A stretch of DNA of 33,846 nucleotides, from sequence record SRR20825010_1237. One strand, 5' to 3'. The notes under the pieces were generated by a model. It searched no databases, was not told where the DNA came from, and saw only the letters and a program-made list of their open reading frames with translations. Both the position numbers and the translations under genes were made by a program. Of this stretch, positions 16,993-27,362 are shown piece after piece. Each line of letters begins with the position of its first letter. The stretch's first letter is position 1.

Positions 16993-18267
16993 TTAGGGCA
17001 GGCGATCTTGCAGCGTGTACCAAAGGACACCGAGCATCAGACCGGGGTAGCGCAGCAAGGTGCCGCCTGGAAAAGTCGGAATTTTTATTTCGCTCAGGAT
17101 ATCGAACCGTTCGGCCTGTCCGGCAACGGCTTCGGCCATGAGTTTTCCTGCCAAAGTTGCCATATTGATGCCTTGGCCGGAAAAGCCTTGTGCATAGAAA
17201 ATATTGGAGGCAAGGCGACCAAAGTCTGGCATGCGTGACATGGTGATGGCGAGCGTGCCACCCCATGCGTAGTCTATTCGGGCGTCGGCTAGTTGCGGAA
17301 ACACACGCAACATAGGCTTGCGCACAAAGGCAGCAATGTCTTTGGGGAATTTGGAGGAGTAGTTCTCGCCGCCGCCAAAGAGAAGTCTTCCGTCAGCAGA
17401 GAGGCGGTAATAGTCGATGACAAATTTTGTGTCCTGCACGCCGACATCGTCGCGGATGAGAGTGCGGGCAGTATGGCCTAACGGCTCTGTAGCAAGGATG
17501 AAATTATTCACGGGCATGATGTGACCGGCCATGTCGGGTTCGAGATCATGCAGATAGCCATTGCAAGCGATAATGACATGCGGAGCTTTGATGCTGCCCT
17601 TCATTGTGTAGACGACGGCTGGGTCTGCGCGGGTCGTATGAGTGACACGCGAGTTTTCATAGATACGCACGCCCATTGCCTTCGCGGCACGGGCCAGCCC
17701 CAGTGCATAGTTCAGGGGGTGGAGGTGAGCGGCTCCTTTGTCCAGCAGGCCAGAGTGATAACGCTTGGTCGCGACCATGTCGCGCACCTCATCTGCGGGA
17801 ATAAATTGAAGCTGGTCATAGCCGTATTGGTCAGCCATATGCGCGGCTTCTTCGCGCATCCACTCCACTTCGCCCTTCTTCCATGCTGCCTGCAGGACAC
17901 CGGCTTTTAGATCGCAATCGATATCGTGTTTTGCAATGAGATCCTTGACGGTTGCGACGCTGTCTTCAGCAAGTGTCCACATGCGCTTGGCCCATTCCAA
18001 GCCGAGCTTTTCTTCGAGCGATCTTTGGTCTTTTCTATGGCCGGTACCAAGCTGACCGCCATTGCGGCCTGATGCGCCGAATCCTACGCGTTCTGCTTCA
18101 ATGACGGCGACATCATAGCCGCGTTCGGCAAGATGCAGCGCGGCAGACAAGCCAGAATAACCTGCTCCTATGATGCAGACATCGGCTTTAAAATCCCCCG
18201 CAAGGGCGGGACATTCGGGCCAGTCAGTGGCAGTTGCAGTATAATAGGATGCAGGATATCCGCTCAT
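16993..18267 (-). CDS. FAD-dependent oxidoreductase, gamma-glutamylputrescine oxidase (PuuB/OrdL)-like
   Basis: SYYTATA, IGAGYSGLSAA, GASGRNGGQ, HLHPLNY, DYYRLSADGRLLFGG, FPGG. Confidence 0.88.
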   Translation of the reverse strand: MSGYPASYYTATATDWPECPALAGDFKADVCIIGAGYSGLSAALHLAERGYDVAVIEAERVGFGASGRNGGQLGTGHRKDQRSLEEKLGLEWAKRMWTLAEDSVATVKDLIAKHDIDCDLKAGVLQAAWKKGEVEWMREEAAHMADQYGYDQLQFIPADEVRDMVATKRYHSGLLDKGAAHLHPLNYALGLARAAKAMGVRIYENSRVTHTTRADPAVVYTMKGSIKAPHVIIACNGYLHDLEPDMAGHIMPVNNFILATEPLGHTARTLIRDDVGVQDTKFVIDYYRLSADGRLLFGGGENYSSKFPKDIAAFVRKPMLRVFPQLADARIDYAWGGTLAITMSRMPDFGRLASNIFYAQGFSGQGINMATLAGKLMAEAVAGQAERFDILSEIKIPTFPGGTLLRYPGLMLGVLWYTLQDRLP

Positions 18268-18284
18268 TGGTGGATCTATTTTTA

Positions 18285-18572
18285 TTAGCGCGCGATTGAA
18301 AAGAAGGTTTCTTGGCTGCTTTCAGCGTGTACGTCGCTCAGATCCATACAGGCCTCCCAAGGAGCGCTGTCACGTGTATCATCCAATGCTTCCTCGCTAT
18401 CCCATTCGGTATAAAACGCGACGCTTTTTCCATCTTTGCCAAGAAGGATACGGGATGATTTGAAGCCCTTAGGAGGATTGCGGTCAAGCTCGCGCTCGGA
18501 GTAGCCGCGAAGCTGCGAGTGGATTTCATCGGGATTCGAGGTCTTGAACTGGATCAGATGGGCGACAGACAT
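18285..18572 (-). CDS. ABM-like (antibiotic biosynthesis monooxygenase fold) small protein
   Basis: KGFKSSRILLGKDGKSVAFYTEWDSEEA; GGAAG before ATG. Confidence 0.72.
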   Translation of the reverse strand: MSVAHLIQFKTSNPDEIHSQLRGYSERELDRNPPKGFKSSRILLGKDGKSVAFYTEWDSEEALDDTRDSAPWEACMDLSDVHAESSQETFFSIAR

Positions 18573-18713
18573 GAAGGCTTCCGTAATAGAGGTTTGATCG
18601 GACTGTAACACAATTGGCTATAGCACGCCTTTTGAGGCCTTGGCTTCTTCTTTGCGGTTCTGCGAAAGACGCGCCACAATGGATCAAAATCAAGAATATT
18701 GGGAGAGATGTAT

Positions 18714-19517
18714 ATGGGACGAGTGCAGGGTAAAGTCGCGATAGTGACAGGTGCTGCCAAAGGTATTGGTGCTGCGAGCGCGAAGGCGCTTGCGCGCGAA
18801 GGCGCAAAGGTGATTTGCAGCGATTTTGACGAAATTGAGGGTGAGGCCATCGCGGCGGAAATCCAACGTCTTGGTGGCGATGCTATTTTTGTGGCCCATG
18901 ATGTGACTGTTGAGTCCCAGTGGGAAAATGTAGTGAATTTGGCCGAACAGCGTTTTGGTGGACTTCATGTTGTGGTCAACAATGCTGGCATTGCGCCGGA
19001 AGGCGGACCGATCGAGGAGAAGTCGCTGGAAGATTGGCGGCACACGCTCAACGTCGACCTGGACAGCGTATTTCTGGGTTGCAAGCATGCTATCCGAACG
19101 ATCAAGAAGACGACAGCGAAGGGAGCCAAAGGCTCTATCATAAATATCTCGTCGATTATGGGGCTTGTCGGCTGGACGAACTCATCAGACTACAATGCTG
19201 CGAAGGGCGGCGTTCGCTTGCTGAGCAAATGTGCGGCCTTAGAATGTGCGGAGGCTGGATATGATATTCGTGTCAATTCTATACATCCGGGTTATATCGA
19301 CACTCCGCTGGTTCGCAATGTCATCCAAAAGGGTGCGAGCGCTCCTGACGGTATTGGCGCCAATGAGATGACAGAACTGCTTGTGTCTTTGCATCCGGTT
19401 GGACGACTCGGTGTTGCCGATGAGATTGCCAATATGGTTCTGTTCCTAGCGTCAGATGAATCATCCTTTGTTACAGGAGCGGAAATGGTGGTGGATGGCG
19501 GCTATACGGCGCGTTGA
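18714..19517 (+). CDS. SDR, hydroxysteroid/cyclopentanol dehydrogenase-like
   Basis: TGAAKGIG, HDVT, NNAG, YNAAK, ALECAEAGYDIRVNSIHPGYIDT, VVDGGYTA. Confidence 0.9.
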   Translation: MGRVQGKVAIVTGAAKGIGAASAKALAREGAKVICSDFDEIEGEAIAAEIQRLGGDAIFVAHDVTVESQWENVVNLAEQRFGGLHVVVNNAGIAPEGGPIEEKSLEDWRHTLNVDLDSVFLGCKHAIRTIKKTTAKGAKGSIINISSIMGLVGWTNSSDYNAAKGGVRLLSKCAALECAEAGYDIRVNSIHPGYIDTPLVRNVIQKGASAPDGIGANEMTELLVSLHPVGRLGVADEIANMVLFLASDESSFVTGAEMVVDGGYTAR

Positions 19518-19618
19518 CAGAAAAAGGGCGAAAGCCCGTTTGCGCCGGAGGCTTCAAGCCGCTAAAACCTCCGCAGATATTTTGAAATTCATCCCTAGCG
19601 GAAAAGTGGAGACAGACT

Positions 19619-19831
19619 TTGGACAAGAGCGAAATCAAACGCATTGAAGCTTATCTGCGTGACAAGTTTCGTCTGCCGTCTATTTCGGTGTTCTCGCGGC
19701 CCAACAAGGATGATTCAGCGGAAGTGAATATCGGTGACGAATTCATCGGTGTGATCTTCAAGGACGAAGAAGACGGCGAAACGTCCTATGCGTTCCAGAT
19801 GGCCATTCTGGATATCGATCTTCCCGAGTAA
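19619..19831 (+). CDS. DUF3126 family protein
   Basis: KDDSAEVNIGDEFIGVIFKDEEDGETSYAFQMAILDIDL; TTG start after GGAG. Confidence 0.88.
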   Translation: MDKSEIKRIEAYLRDKFRLPSISVFSRPNKDDSAEVNIGDEFIGVIFKDEEDGETSYAFQMAILDIDLPE

Positions 19832-19876
19832 TCTGATGTGAGAGACGATTATCGGACTGGCGCGATATGCTCATGC

Positions 19877-20641
19877 CTAGTCGGTGATCGTCCCTTCCAG
19901 ATCGTTTGGAAGACCTGGTGCTTCGAATGAGGTCACTAGTCGCAGCAATAGCTCGTCAATCCTTTGCCATTGGGCGAGATGTTCCCGCTTGTAGCGATAG
20001 GTGAGGGCAAGGTCGCGCGAGAGAAGCAATGTGCGCGTGCAATTTGGGCTTTCGACCAAGTCTGTTTTTTGTTGGCACATAAGCAGGATCAGACGCTGCT
20101 TTTGGTCCGTGGCGACCAGAAGATCCTGACCCTTATAGCCGGAATTATCACTGAAGCTGTAGAGGCTCAGGCCGCTTTCGCCCTGTTCTGGCTTCGGTGA
20201 AGCGAGATGGCGTGCATAGATGTCTTTCAAACGGCGCTCAGCGGGTAATATTGCATCTGCCTGATGCAAAGTGAAGAAAACCACTTCGGCATCCGCGCTA
20301 TTGTCTGAGAATTCGTCCTGCAGCGATGGCTTATAGGGTGTGAAATCGGGCAGCAGCGCATGCATGGAGATTTCGGTGTGATTGCCGCCGCTACGCTGGG
20401 AAGGGTAGCGGGTGAAGTTCTCCGGTATCAGGAATCGCGTGCTGCCGATAACGGCTTCGACATTCCTGCTAGCCGCGCTGGCACGTGGGGTCTGGCCGAG
20501 CAACTCGCCCGGTGTGGGGCCAAAATAGTAATAGAGGAATAGACTGGAGAAGGCTGCGACGGCGATGAAAACCAAAGCCGGTAGTATCCAGGCCGGGCGT
20601 TCGTGAACCAGTTCGTCGCCACCTTGTTTTTGTCTCGCCAC
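19877..20641 (-). CDS. Conserved hypothetical membrane-anchored periplasmic protein
   Basis: N-terminal TM (AWILPALVFIAVAAFSSLFLYYYF), C-terminal Cys pair then LTYRY...LAQWQRI; GTG start uncertain. Confidence 0.7.
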   Translation of the reverse strand: MARQKQGGDELVHERPAWILPALVFIAVAAFSSLFLYYYFGPTPGELLGQTPRASAASRNVEAVIGSTRFLIPENFTRYPSQRSGGNHTEISMHALLPDFTPYKPSLQDEFSDNSADAEVVFFTLHQADAILPAERRLKDIYARHLASPKPEQGESGLSLYSFSDNSGYKGQDLLVATDQKQRLILLMCQQKTDLVESPNCTRTLLLSRDLALTYRYKREHLAQWQRIDELLLRLVTSFEAPGLPNDLEGTITD

Positions 20642-20891
20642 CTTGAATTGCCCCTTTTCACGAAAACGTATCGATTTATCAAAGCCCCAATCCATCTTAA
20701 CGCTGCTCCTATTTGCGACAATGGGTGGAGTGCGACAAAACTCTGTTTCGCCTTGGCACAAAGAAAATGATTCATTCCGTTACGTTTCGGCGCGGGTGGA
20801 ATGTGATGACATGTAAGTGTTTGAAAAATATAAGTTTTTTATTGCCGCTTATCGAACGCGCAGGTGGTACGGGCTTTGCGAATGAGCCTGT

Positions 20892-21185
20892 ATGATTACA
20901 TATGTCTCAAAATTGATTGTCAGCCTTTCGCTTGTTGCAGTTCTCTGGGGACCGACAGGTGACTGGGTGGGGGCACAACAGCGCGCAGGCCTTGCCTGTA
21001 AGGCAGATTTTTCTGCCTGTAAGGTTGCAGGCACCGTGGTTCCGCTGGTCGACCGCTCATCAGTTCTCGGACAAATCGCGGAGCAGGCGCGTAACGATCC
21101 TGCTGGGCACTTGCAGGTGGAATTGCGCAAAGTGGCGATGGCGGCTCTTGACGGTGTCAGGGCGGCGGCGCGTGAAAGAGATTAG
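20892..21185 (+). CDS. Hypothetical small protein, possibly exported
   Basis: Hydrophobic N-terminus, two Cys; ends 3 nt before the next ORF. Confidence 0.5.
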   Translation: MITYVSKLIVSLSLVAVLWGPTGDWVGAQQRAGLACKADFSACKVAGTVVPLVDRSSVLGQIAEQARNDPAGHLQVELRKVAMAALDGVRAAARERD

Positions 21186-21188
21186 AAA

Positions 21189-21518
21189 ATGGGCGGGCTG
21201 GATCCAATGTCTGAATGGACTACTTTTTTCTTTACGACTGCGACGGGGTTTGTCGCGGCAGGGCTGACAGGGAGCCTCTACCGTCTTGTCACTAATAAGC
21301 CAGCAAGCTTCCAGATTTGGGGTGGCTCAATGCTGGAGCAGATCATTGGTATTCTGACACTCGTTTTTGCCGGCCCTAATGTCATTCTGCGCAATGCACT
21401 ACGTGCGCAAGTTTTTGAAAACCGACCGCCAGCGTGGTTAGCGCTTTCCTTTTTCATCGCTATGATGTGGAGTTGCCTGTCGGGCATTTTCCTGCTCAAT
21501 CTTATACTGGTACGCTGA
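21189..21518 (+). CDS. Small membrane protein (DUF6949-like)
   Basis: Three TM segments; GFVAAGLTGSLYRLVT..PASF, FAGP..ILRNA, MWS.LSG. Confidence 0.72.
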   Translation: MGGLDPMSEWTTFFFTTATGFVAAGLTGSLYRLVTNKPASFQIWGGSMLEQIIGILTLVFAGPNVILRNALRAQVFENRPPAWLALSFFIAMMWSCLSGIFLLNLILVR

Positions 21519-21527
21519 ACCAGTTTA

Positions 21528-22580
21528 TCAGGCACGACTTTTGCGCAGGCGGCGTCCCATTGTGCCGGCGAAACCAGCGCCTATTGTCGCAACGATGTAC
21601 CAACCCCATCCAAGCGCCCATAGCACAAGGTTGGCGACGGTTTTGAACGCACGCAAACTTGTCTTTCCGGTAATTTCGATAATGCCACGGGTTTTTGAAC
21701 CCATTTTTCCGCTCATTTTGGCGATGCGAGCAAGGTCATCTCCATTATCAACATATTTGAGTAGTCGTACGGATTCGGCGGGACCTACTGTCTTTTGAAG
21801 CGTGGCGATTTCACCTAGTGCGGGTGTGATCTTGGCCATGGAGATGCCGTTGGCATAGTCGGTGACGGCGCGGCGTGTGGCCGATGTGTTGGCAAGATCG
21901 ACAGATTTCAGTGTGCCGCCAAGTTTTTCAAAATTCACGGCCTCATTCAGCGCTCGTGTGATGTAGCGCGTGAAATCAGCTGTGAGTGTTCCGGCTTTCT
22001 TTGCGACTTTAAGAATAGATACACCGATACGTGCTGGCAAAGCTGTGCCGCCCGATGCGACAGTCGCGGTGGTGGCTGCCAGCCCTACAACAGAGAGGCC
22101 TAGGATAAATTTGGAATAGTCCTCACCCTTCACCAGTTTTGTTCCTTCTTGTCCAATATCGCGGACATCGCCCACAACTGTCAGGTCGGATGTTATTGCG
22201 CCGACGAAAGATGCAGTGTCATTTCCTTCGCCATAGATGAAGCCTTCGAAAAAGCTGCCAGTATTGCGCGAGACAGTGCGCGTCATGCTTTGTTCGTTTG
22301 CGAGGCGTTGGGCGGTGCCGGCCTCGATGGGCATGTCAACGAATGTCGCGATCTCAGAATACATGACAGCATCGTCGAACTGGCCTTGATCAAGCGCAGT
22401 ATCTATGCGGCGGCTGAGGTCGCTGCCGCTGGTCTTCTGCGCAAGTTCTGCGCGGATAAAAGGATCGGCGGGGATCATGTCATCGGAGACGAAGCTATCG
22501 AGCAAGCCGTTCTGATAGGCCAATATGAAGAGGACAGGCGCAAGTAATACGAAAATCACGACGTCAAAAAAGAACTTCAT
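21528..22580 (-). CDS. Conserved hypothetical membrane protein
   Basis: 350 aa, N- and C-terminal hydrophobic helices, GFIYGEG...SDLTVVGDVRD. Confidence 0.75.
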   Translation of the reverse strand: MKFFFDVVIFVLLAPVLFILAYQNGLLDSFVSDDMIPADPFIRAELAQKTSGSDLSRRIDTALDQGQFDDAVMYSEIATFVDMPIEAGTAQRLANEQSMTRTVSRNTGSFFEGFIYGEGNDTASFVGAITSDLTVVGDVRDIGQEGTKLVKGEDYSKFILGLSVVGLAATTATVASGGTALPARIGVSILKVAKKAGTLTADFTRYITRALNEAVNFEKLGGTLKSVDLANTSATRRAVTDYANGISMAKITPALGEIATLQKTVGPAESVRLLKYVDNGDDLARIAKMSGKMGSKTRGIIEITGKTSLRAFKTVANLVLWALGWGWYIVATIGAGFAGTMGRRLRKSRA

Positions 22581-22673
22581 ATTTTGCCCCTGGCCTTATG
22601 CGATCTTCACAAGAGTGCGACATAGGCATGTGTGGCGCAACCATCTCTCCTGCAATTGCTCCAAATAGAGGGG

Positions 22674-24629
22674 CTATCCGCCTATTGGACCGCCTTTGTG
22701 CGACGTGATTGCCACAACTGAAGGGCGTGGAGGCATGTCAGGTGCAAAATCTGGCCAGCGTGTCGCCGGGTCCTCGAAGGTGGAGGTGCGCTCAAATCCG
22801 ACAAATTTCTCGGTGCCATCTGCGGCGGGATGCTGGACGGAAATGAAAAGCGTCGATGCATCCGGTGTAAAACAGGGACCGCACATTTCGGCACCGACTG
22901 GTACACGATAGAAGCGTTTTGCAGTACCGCGTCCTTCTCCGTCGGTAGTAAGTGCGAAAATGCCGTCCGCGGCACCTGATGTTTCAGCCCAGTCGTCGCC
23001 TTGATCGGTCGCGACCCAGAGACGGCCTTGGGCATCGATCGCGAGATTGTCGGGGCAGGAAAACCATCCGTCCTCAGTGGTTGCGGTGTTCCAGTCCGAT
23101 GCAATGGCGGTGTTTTCAGGATTGCCGCAGGTGACAAGCAATGACCACGTAAAATGTGTGCTTGCGTGATCAAGATCTGCTGGTGTGATTTCGACAATCT
23201 GTCCCCAAAGATTATCGCTACGTGGATTGGGTCCGTCTATTTCGTCGGCATTGCGCTTGTTATTGTTGGTGAGTGCAACATAGACGAGGCCGGACTGGTG
23301 GTTCGGTTGGACATCTTCGGGTCTGTCCATAGGGGTTGCCTGCAGAATGTCGGCGGCGCGGCGGCTCTCGATCAGAACGTCACCCTGATCGTTAAAGCCG
23401 TTTGAAGCATCCAGACCGTTCTGTCCGAAGATCAATGGCCGCCATTCACCGCTTCCATCTTCGGCAAATCGAGCAACATAAAGTGTGCCGTCGTCAAGCA
23501 GGTCTGCGTTGGCTGTGCGATCTTTTAGATCGACCTTTTGAGAGGAGACAAATTTGTAGAGATACTCGCCGCGCTGGTCGTCGCCCATATAGACGGTGAG
23601 ATAGCCGCCTGTGGAAATAGCGCTTTCTGCACCTTCGTGCTTGAAGCGTCCAAGAGCGGTACGTTTCTTGGGTATGGAGGATGGATCGAGCGGATCCACT
23701 TCTGTTATCCAGCCGAAGCGGTTTGGCTCTTTCGGTTCCTGCCCAATATCGAACCGTGCGTGATCGCGTGCCCACCCCATATAGTCTTTCGGGATACCCA
23801 TGCGTTCGTGGTTTTCGGCTTCCGTGGTGTCGGTGAGTGTGCCACCGAAATAGAAGTTGATGTTTTCCTCACCCATCAGCCATGTGCCCCATGGTGTGAT
23901 TCCACCGGCGCAGTTGTTGAGAGTCCCGATGACCCTTCGGCCGGACGGATCGGCATTGGTTTGCAGACGCAGGTGCCCGGCGGCGGGACCGTGCAAGTCC
24001 ATCTGGGTGTCGAGCATTGTGATGCGCCGGTTGAATTTGCTATCAGCAACGGTTTTCCACTTGCCGCTCGCATCGCGCAAGATTTCGATAATGCTACCAC
24101 CATGTGCGGCCAAGGTTACGTTGATTTGCTCCGCACTCAGGTCTTTCACATCGGTGAAGCCTGCAAACATTAAGTCGGCGTTTGTATATTCATGATTGAT
24201 GCAGAGTAGCCCACGGTCGCTTTTTGCCTCGCCAAAGGGCAGGGGCACAAAGCCTAGATAGTCATTATTGTATCCGAATTGCTGACACTGGGCCTCTGCG
24301 GTCTGGTTGAGTGGATCGAAGTCGGGCGCATCGGTAGTCACCGGGTCGCCCCAGCGAATGAGGATGTCAGCATCATGTCCTTCCGCGACGTGGTGCGTCT
24401 CGTCTATTCCGCGTTTCAGTTCAGTGAAATTGAAACCTGCTGGAGCTTTTTCGCAGCCACCCAATGCTAGGAGGCTTGTTGAGGTGCCTGCCAGAAGCGT
24501 GACGCTGCCTGTTGCCCGCAAAAAAGTGCGTCGCGACCAAAGGGTGGCGAGTGATGGCGCCGCGGAGCGGTCAATGGCGTGATCGTCAATAGCTTCTAGC
24601 ATTTCGCCGAACGATTTGCGCAGGGTCAT
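22674..24629 (-). CDS. phoX: PhoX family alkaline phosphatase (DUF839), Tat-exported
   Basis: SRRTFL Tat motif, QFGYNND, NHEY, NNCAGGITPWGTWLMGEEN, ALGRFKHE, MDRPED, PDN, GAEMCGP, VQHP. Confidence 0.93.
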   Translation of the reverse strand: MTLRKSFGEMLEAIDDHAIDRSAAPSLATLWSRRTFLRATGSVTLLAGTSTSLLALGGCEKAPAGFNFTELKRGIDETHHVAEGHDADILIRWGDPVTTDAPDFDPLNQTAEAQCQQFGYNNDYLGFVPLPFGEAKSDRGLLCINHEYTNADLMFAGFTDVKDLSAEQINVTLAAHGGSIIEILRDASGKWKTVADSKFNRRITMLDTQMDLHGPAAGHLRLQTNADPSGRRVIGTLNNCAGGITPWGTWLMGEENINFYFGGTLTDTTEAENHERMGIPKDYMGWARDHARFDIGQEPKEPNRFGWITEVDPLDPSSIPKKRTALGRFKHEGAESAISTGGYLTVYMGDDQRGEYLYKFVSSQKVDLKDRTANADLLDDGTLYVARFAEDGSGEWRPLIFGQNGLDASNGFNDQGDVLIESRRAADILQATPMDRPEDVQPNHQSGLVYVALTNNNKRNADEIDGPNPRSDNLWGQIVEITPADLDHASTHFTWSLLVTCGNPENTAIASDWNTATTEDGWFSCPDNLAIDAQGRLWVATDQGDDWAETSGAADGIFALTTDGEGRGTAKRFYRVPVGAEMCGPCFTPDASTLFISVQHPAADGTEKFVGFERTSTFEDPATRWPDFAPDMPPRPSVVAITSHKGGPIGG

Positions 24630-24667
24630 CTTGTCTTGGCTCCAAGTCGAGATTCAAGAGGCAGGGT

Positions 24668-24701
24668 AGAATATGCGCTGGACGTATCACCATTGTGACG
24701 C
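24668..24701 (-). promoter_or_regulatory. Candidate Pho box and -10 element of phoX
   Basis: Minus strand GCGTCAC-AATG-GTGATAC, exactly 10 nt, then TATTCT. Confidence 0.5.
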
Positions 24702-24775
24702 GGAGCGCATGTCATGGCATAGTCTGGCGCAAAGGAAACCGGATATGAATATCTTAAAAGAAGGACGCTTGAGGG

Positions 24776-25306
24776 ATGGCTATTTTTGCACTTGGTGAGA
24801 GTACCCCGCAATTGCCCAAAGAGGGCGAATACTGGATTGCACCCAACGCGCAGGTCATGGGCAATGTGAAGCTGGAGCGCAATGCGAGCGTCTGGTTCAA
24901 TGCGGTATTGCGTGGCGACAATGAGCTCATCACGATCGGCGAAAATTCCAATGTGCAGGATGGATCGGTGTTGCACACCGACCCTGGTTCGGCGCTGACC
25001 ATTGAGGAGAATGTTACAATTGGCCATATGGTTATGCTGCATGGTTGCACGATCGGTGCGGGTAGCCTTGTCGGCATCGGGAGCATCATTCTCAATAATA
25101 CGAGGATTGGTAAAAATTGTCTGATCGGGGCCAATACGCTGATCGCGGAAGGCAAGGACATTCCTGACAATTCGATGGTGCTTGGGGCACCGGGCAAAGT
25201 GGTGCGAACCCTGAGCGATGAGCAGGCTGCCGCATTGCGACTGTCAGCTGATCATTATGTCCAAAACTGGCAACGCTATGCGCGCGAGCTGAAGCAGATC
25301 GGTTAA
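24776..25306 (+). CDS. Gamma carbonic anhydrase family protein
   Basis: [32 protein letters not shown], hexapeptide repeats. Confidence 0.93.
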   Translation: MAIFALGESTPQLPKEGEYWIAPNAQVMGNVKLERNASVWFNAVLRGDNELITIGENSNVQDGSVLHTDPGSALTIEENVTIGHMVMLHGCTIGAGSLVGIGSIILNNTRIGKNCLIGANTLIAEGKDIPDNSMVLGAPGKVVRTLSDEQAAALRLSADHYVQNWQRYARELKQIG

Positions 25307-25341
25307 GGCCAATAATTCAATAATCTTGAGGGAGGAAGCCT

Positions 25342-26166
25342 ATGAGTAAAGTGCAGGAAGTATCAGCAAGCGCCGAAGATGAAGTGCTATACGAGGTAGC
25401 TGACCACGTAGCGACCATCACTTTTAACGCACCCGATCGGATGAATACTATTTCTGGTCCGATGTTGAACCAGCTGACACAGCGTTTGCTGGATGCAAAT
25501 CAGGACAGAGATGTTCGTTGTGTGATCCTGACGGGGCGCGGTCGCGCATTCTGCGCTGGCCTTGATTTACGTCCTGAAAAAGGCGGCGTGGCCGGTTTGG
25601 GTAGCGGCGCTACGACTGTTTCGACAACGCTTGATTTGCGCAATACACCGCCGACAGTTTTGTTCGAAATGGAAAAGCCTGTGATTGCTGCGATCAATGG
25701 TGGTGCGGCGGGTTACGGTATGGATACTGCTTTGGGGTGCGATATCCGTATCATGGGCCGCTCTGGCAAGTTGGCAGCGGCATTCTGCAAGCGTGGGCTT
25801 GTTCCCGAATCTGGCGGCACATGGTTTCTACCTCGCCTTATAGGTTGGTCTAAGGCAGCCGAGCTGATTTTCACAGGACGGACACTCAATGCGGAAGAGG
25901 CTGTGGAATGGGGATTGGCCACAGAAGTGGTCGAGGACGTCGACCTTATGGATCGTGCTAATGCTCTGGCAAAGGAAATAGCGGCCAACGCTCCTTTAGC
26001 GGTTCAGGCCGCCAAGCGGATGATGCGTATGGGGCTTAACGAGCCGTTTGCAGAACATGTGCATCATGTCTATTTGCAATTGCTGCCGCTGATGCGTACC
26101 GAGGATTTGAAGGAGGGTATGATCTCCTTCATGGAGAAGCGTCCTCCGGTGTTCAAGGGGCGCTGA
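25342..26166 (+). CDS. Enoyl-CoA hydratase/isomerase
   Basis: AFCAGLDL, KPVIAAINGGAAGYG, GLVPESGG, FMEKRPPVFKGR; GGAGG RBS. Confidence 0.92.
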   Translation: MSKVQEVSASAEDEVLYEVADHVATITFNAPDRMNTISGPMLNQLTQRLLDANQDRDVRCVILTGRGRAFCAGLDLRPEKGGVAGLGSGATTVSTTLDLRNTPPTVLFEMEKPVIAAINGGAAGYGMDTALGCDIRIMGRSGKLAAAFCKRGLVPESGGTWFLPRLIGWSKAAELIFTGRTLNAEEAVEWGLATEVVEDVDLMDRANALAKEIAANAPLAVQAAKRMMRMGLNEPFAEHVHHVYLQLLPLMRTEDLKEGMISFMEKRPPVFKGR

Positions 26167-26213
26167 GCCGTTTGAACATAAGGAAATTGGCGGGTGATGA
26201 AACGGACAAACTT

Positions 26214-27362
26214 ATGAAGCGCGTTTTGTCTCCGCATCCTTATCCGCATTTGCGATGGGCTTTTGCGGTCATGCTGTGCATGGCCGTTCTTGTCATTGCC
26301 GCTCCACTGGAAGCTGCTGGCTTCACGGGCAAGTATAACGGGATTGCGAATGCGGCCGGTATGTCGCTTTCCATTCAGGAGATCGAGGGGCGTGTTGTCG
26401 GCAAGCTTACACTGGCTGATGCGAGAACCTATGCGCTGAACGGTGCCCGTAGTCAGCAGATTGGTGATGCGGTATCGGGCGCACAGGGCGAGTTGCGACT
26501 TGGTGGTGACCCCAAGGCCGTTGCCTTTTTTCGTTTAGAGAGCAGGCCTCTAGGCGTGCAGTTCCTGTTTATTCCCATATATTCAGATGGGCGCGCCGAC
26601 ATGAAGGCTGCTCAGGACTATTCATTCCTTGCAGAAGGTGTCGGTGTCGGGACCAAAGACCATGCGGTTGTGCGTACATCTGAAATCACAGATGTAGGAC
26701 TTTTGCGCTTTATCGACGAATACCGGCAATGGGCTCCGAAGGATCTGGCGCGGATCTATAATCAGTTGAGTGAAAGAGATAAGGGGCTCATCCAGCTATA
26801 CGATCATGCAAGTGCCGATATTCTCTGGCGGGTCTGTGAAAGTAATCCGCCGAATGAATTCGTGACACAAGCTGCGCTGGATGAGTTGCTCGACAGGCAA
26901 CAAACCGACTGCCCGACAGTGATGCCATTGGTACAACGGGTGCGGGCAGGGACGCTGTTTCCAGAATTTCTGAAGCGCGCTAAATATCAGTTCGAGATAA
27001 TCCGTGAGACAAGTCTATGTGACAGCGGAGAGTCCACACCGGCAAAATGCGCGGATGTGAGTGCTCTGGGGGCGCCACTGATGATGCATTGGCGTGGCAT
27101 TGTCGCCATCATGACGGCTATCGCGCCACTAGAAGAGATTGCGGAAGTTCAACCTGCACCTGATAAAAACGATGCGAGTGCGGTCATTCCTTTGCCGCCT
27201 TTGAGAGCAAGTCTGGCTGATGCTCCGAGGGAGCCTGTTACTCAAAAGGTTGTGGTAGGTAAAGAGACGTCCAAGACGACGAGGTCGTTAAAAGATGAAG
27301 GCCGCGCCATTGTTCGTGAACGACGTCGCGGCCTCCATCTACCATTGCGCGATCCGCGCTGA
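26214..27362 (+). CDS. Hypothetical secreted protein
   Basis: Signal peptide-like WAFAVMLCMAVLVIAAPLEA, beta-rich N-domain, helical domain with 4 Cys, low-complexity tail; start uncertain (26172 or 26214). Confidence 0.7.
   Translation: MKRVLSPHPYPHLRWAFAVMLCMAVLVIAAPLEAAGFTGKYNGIANAAGMSLSIQEIEGRVVGKLTLADARTYALNGARSQQIGDAVSGAQGELRLGGDPKAVAFFRLESRPLGVQFLFIPIYSDGRADMKAAQDYSFLAEGVGVGTKDHAVVRTSEITDVGLLRFIDEYRQWAPKDLARIYNQLSERDKGLIQLYDHASADILWRVCESNPPNEFVTQAALDELLDRQQTDCPTVMPLVQRVRAGTLFPEFLKRAKYQFEIIRETSLCDSGESTPAKCADVSALGAPLMMHWRGIVAIMTAIAPLEEIAEVQPAPDKNDASAVIPLPPLRASLADAPREPVTQKVVVGKETSKTTRSLKDEGRAIVRERRRGLHLPLRDPR

Noticed and set aside
19521-19541. GGGC-GAAA-GCCC hairpin after the SDR
   Set aside because: Stem too short to call a terminator confidently.
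20993-21024. Direct repeat TGCCTGTAAGG x2 with an internal hairpin
   Set aside because: Only two copies, explained by the repeated ACK peptide in the ORF; not CRISPR-like.
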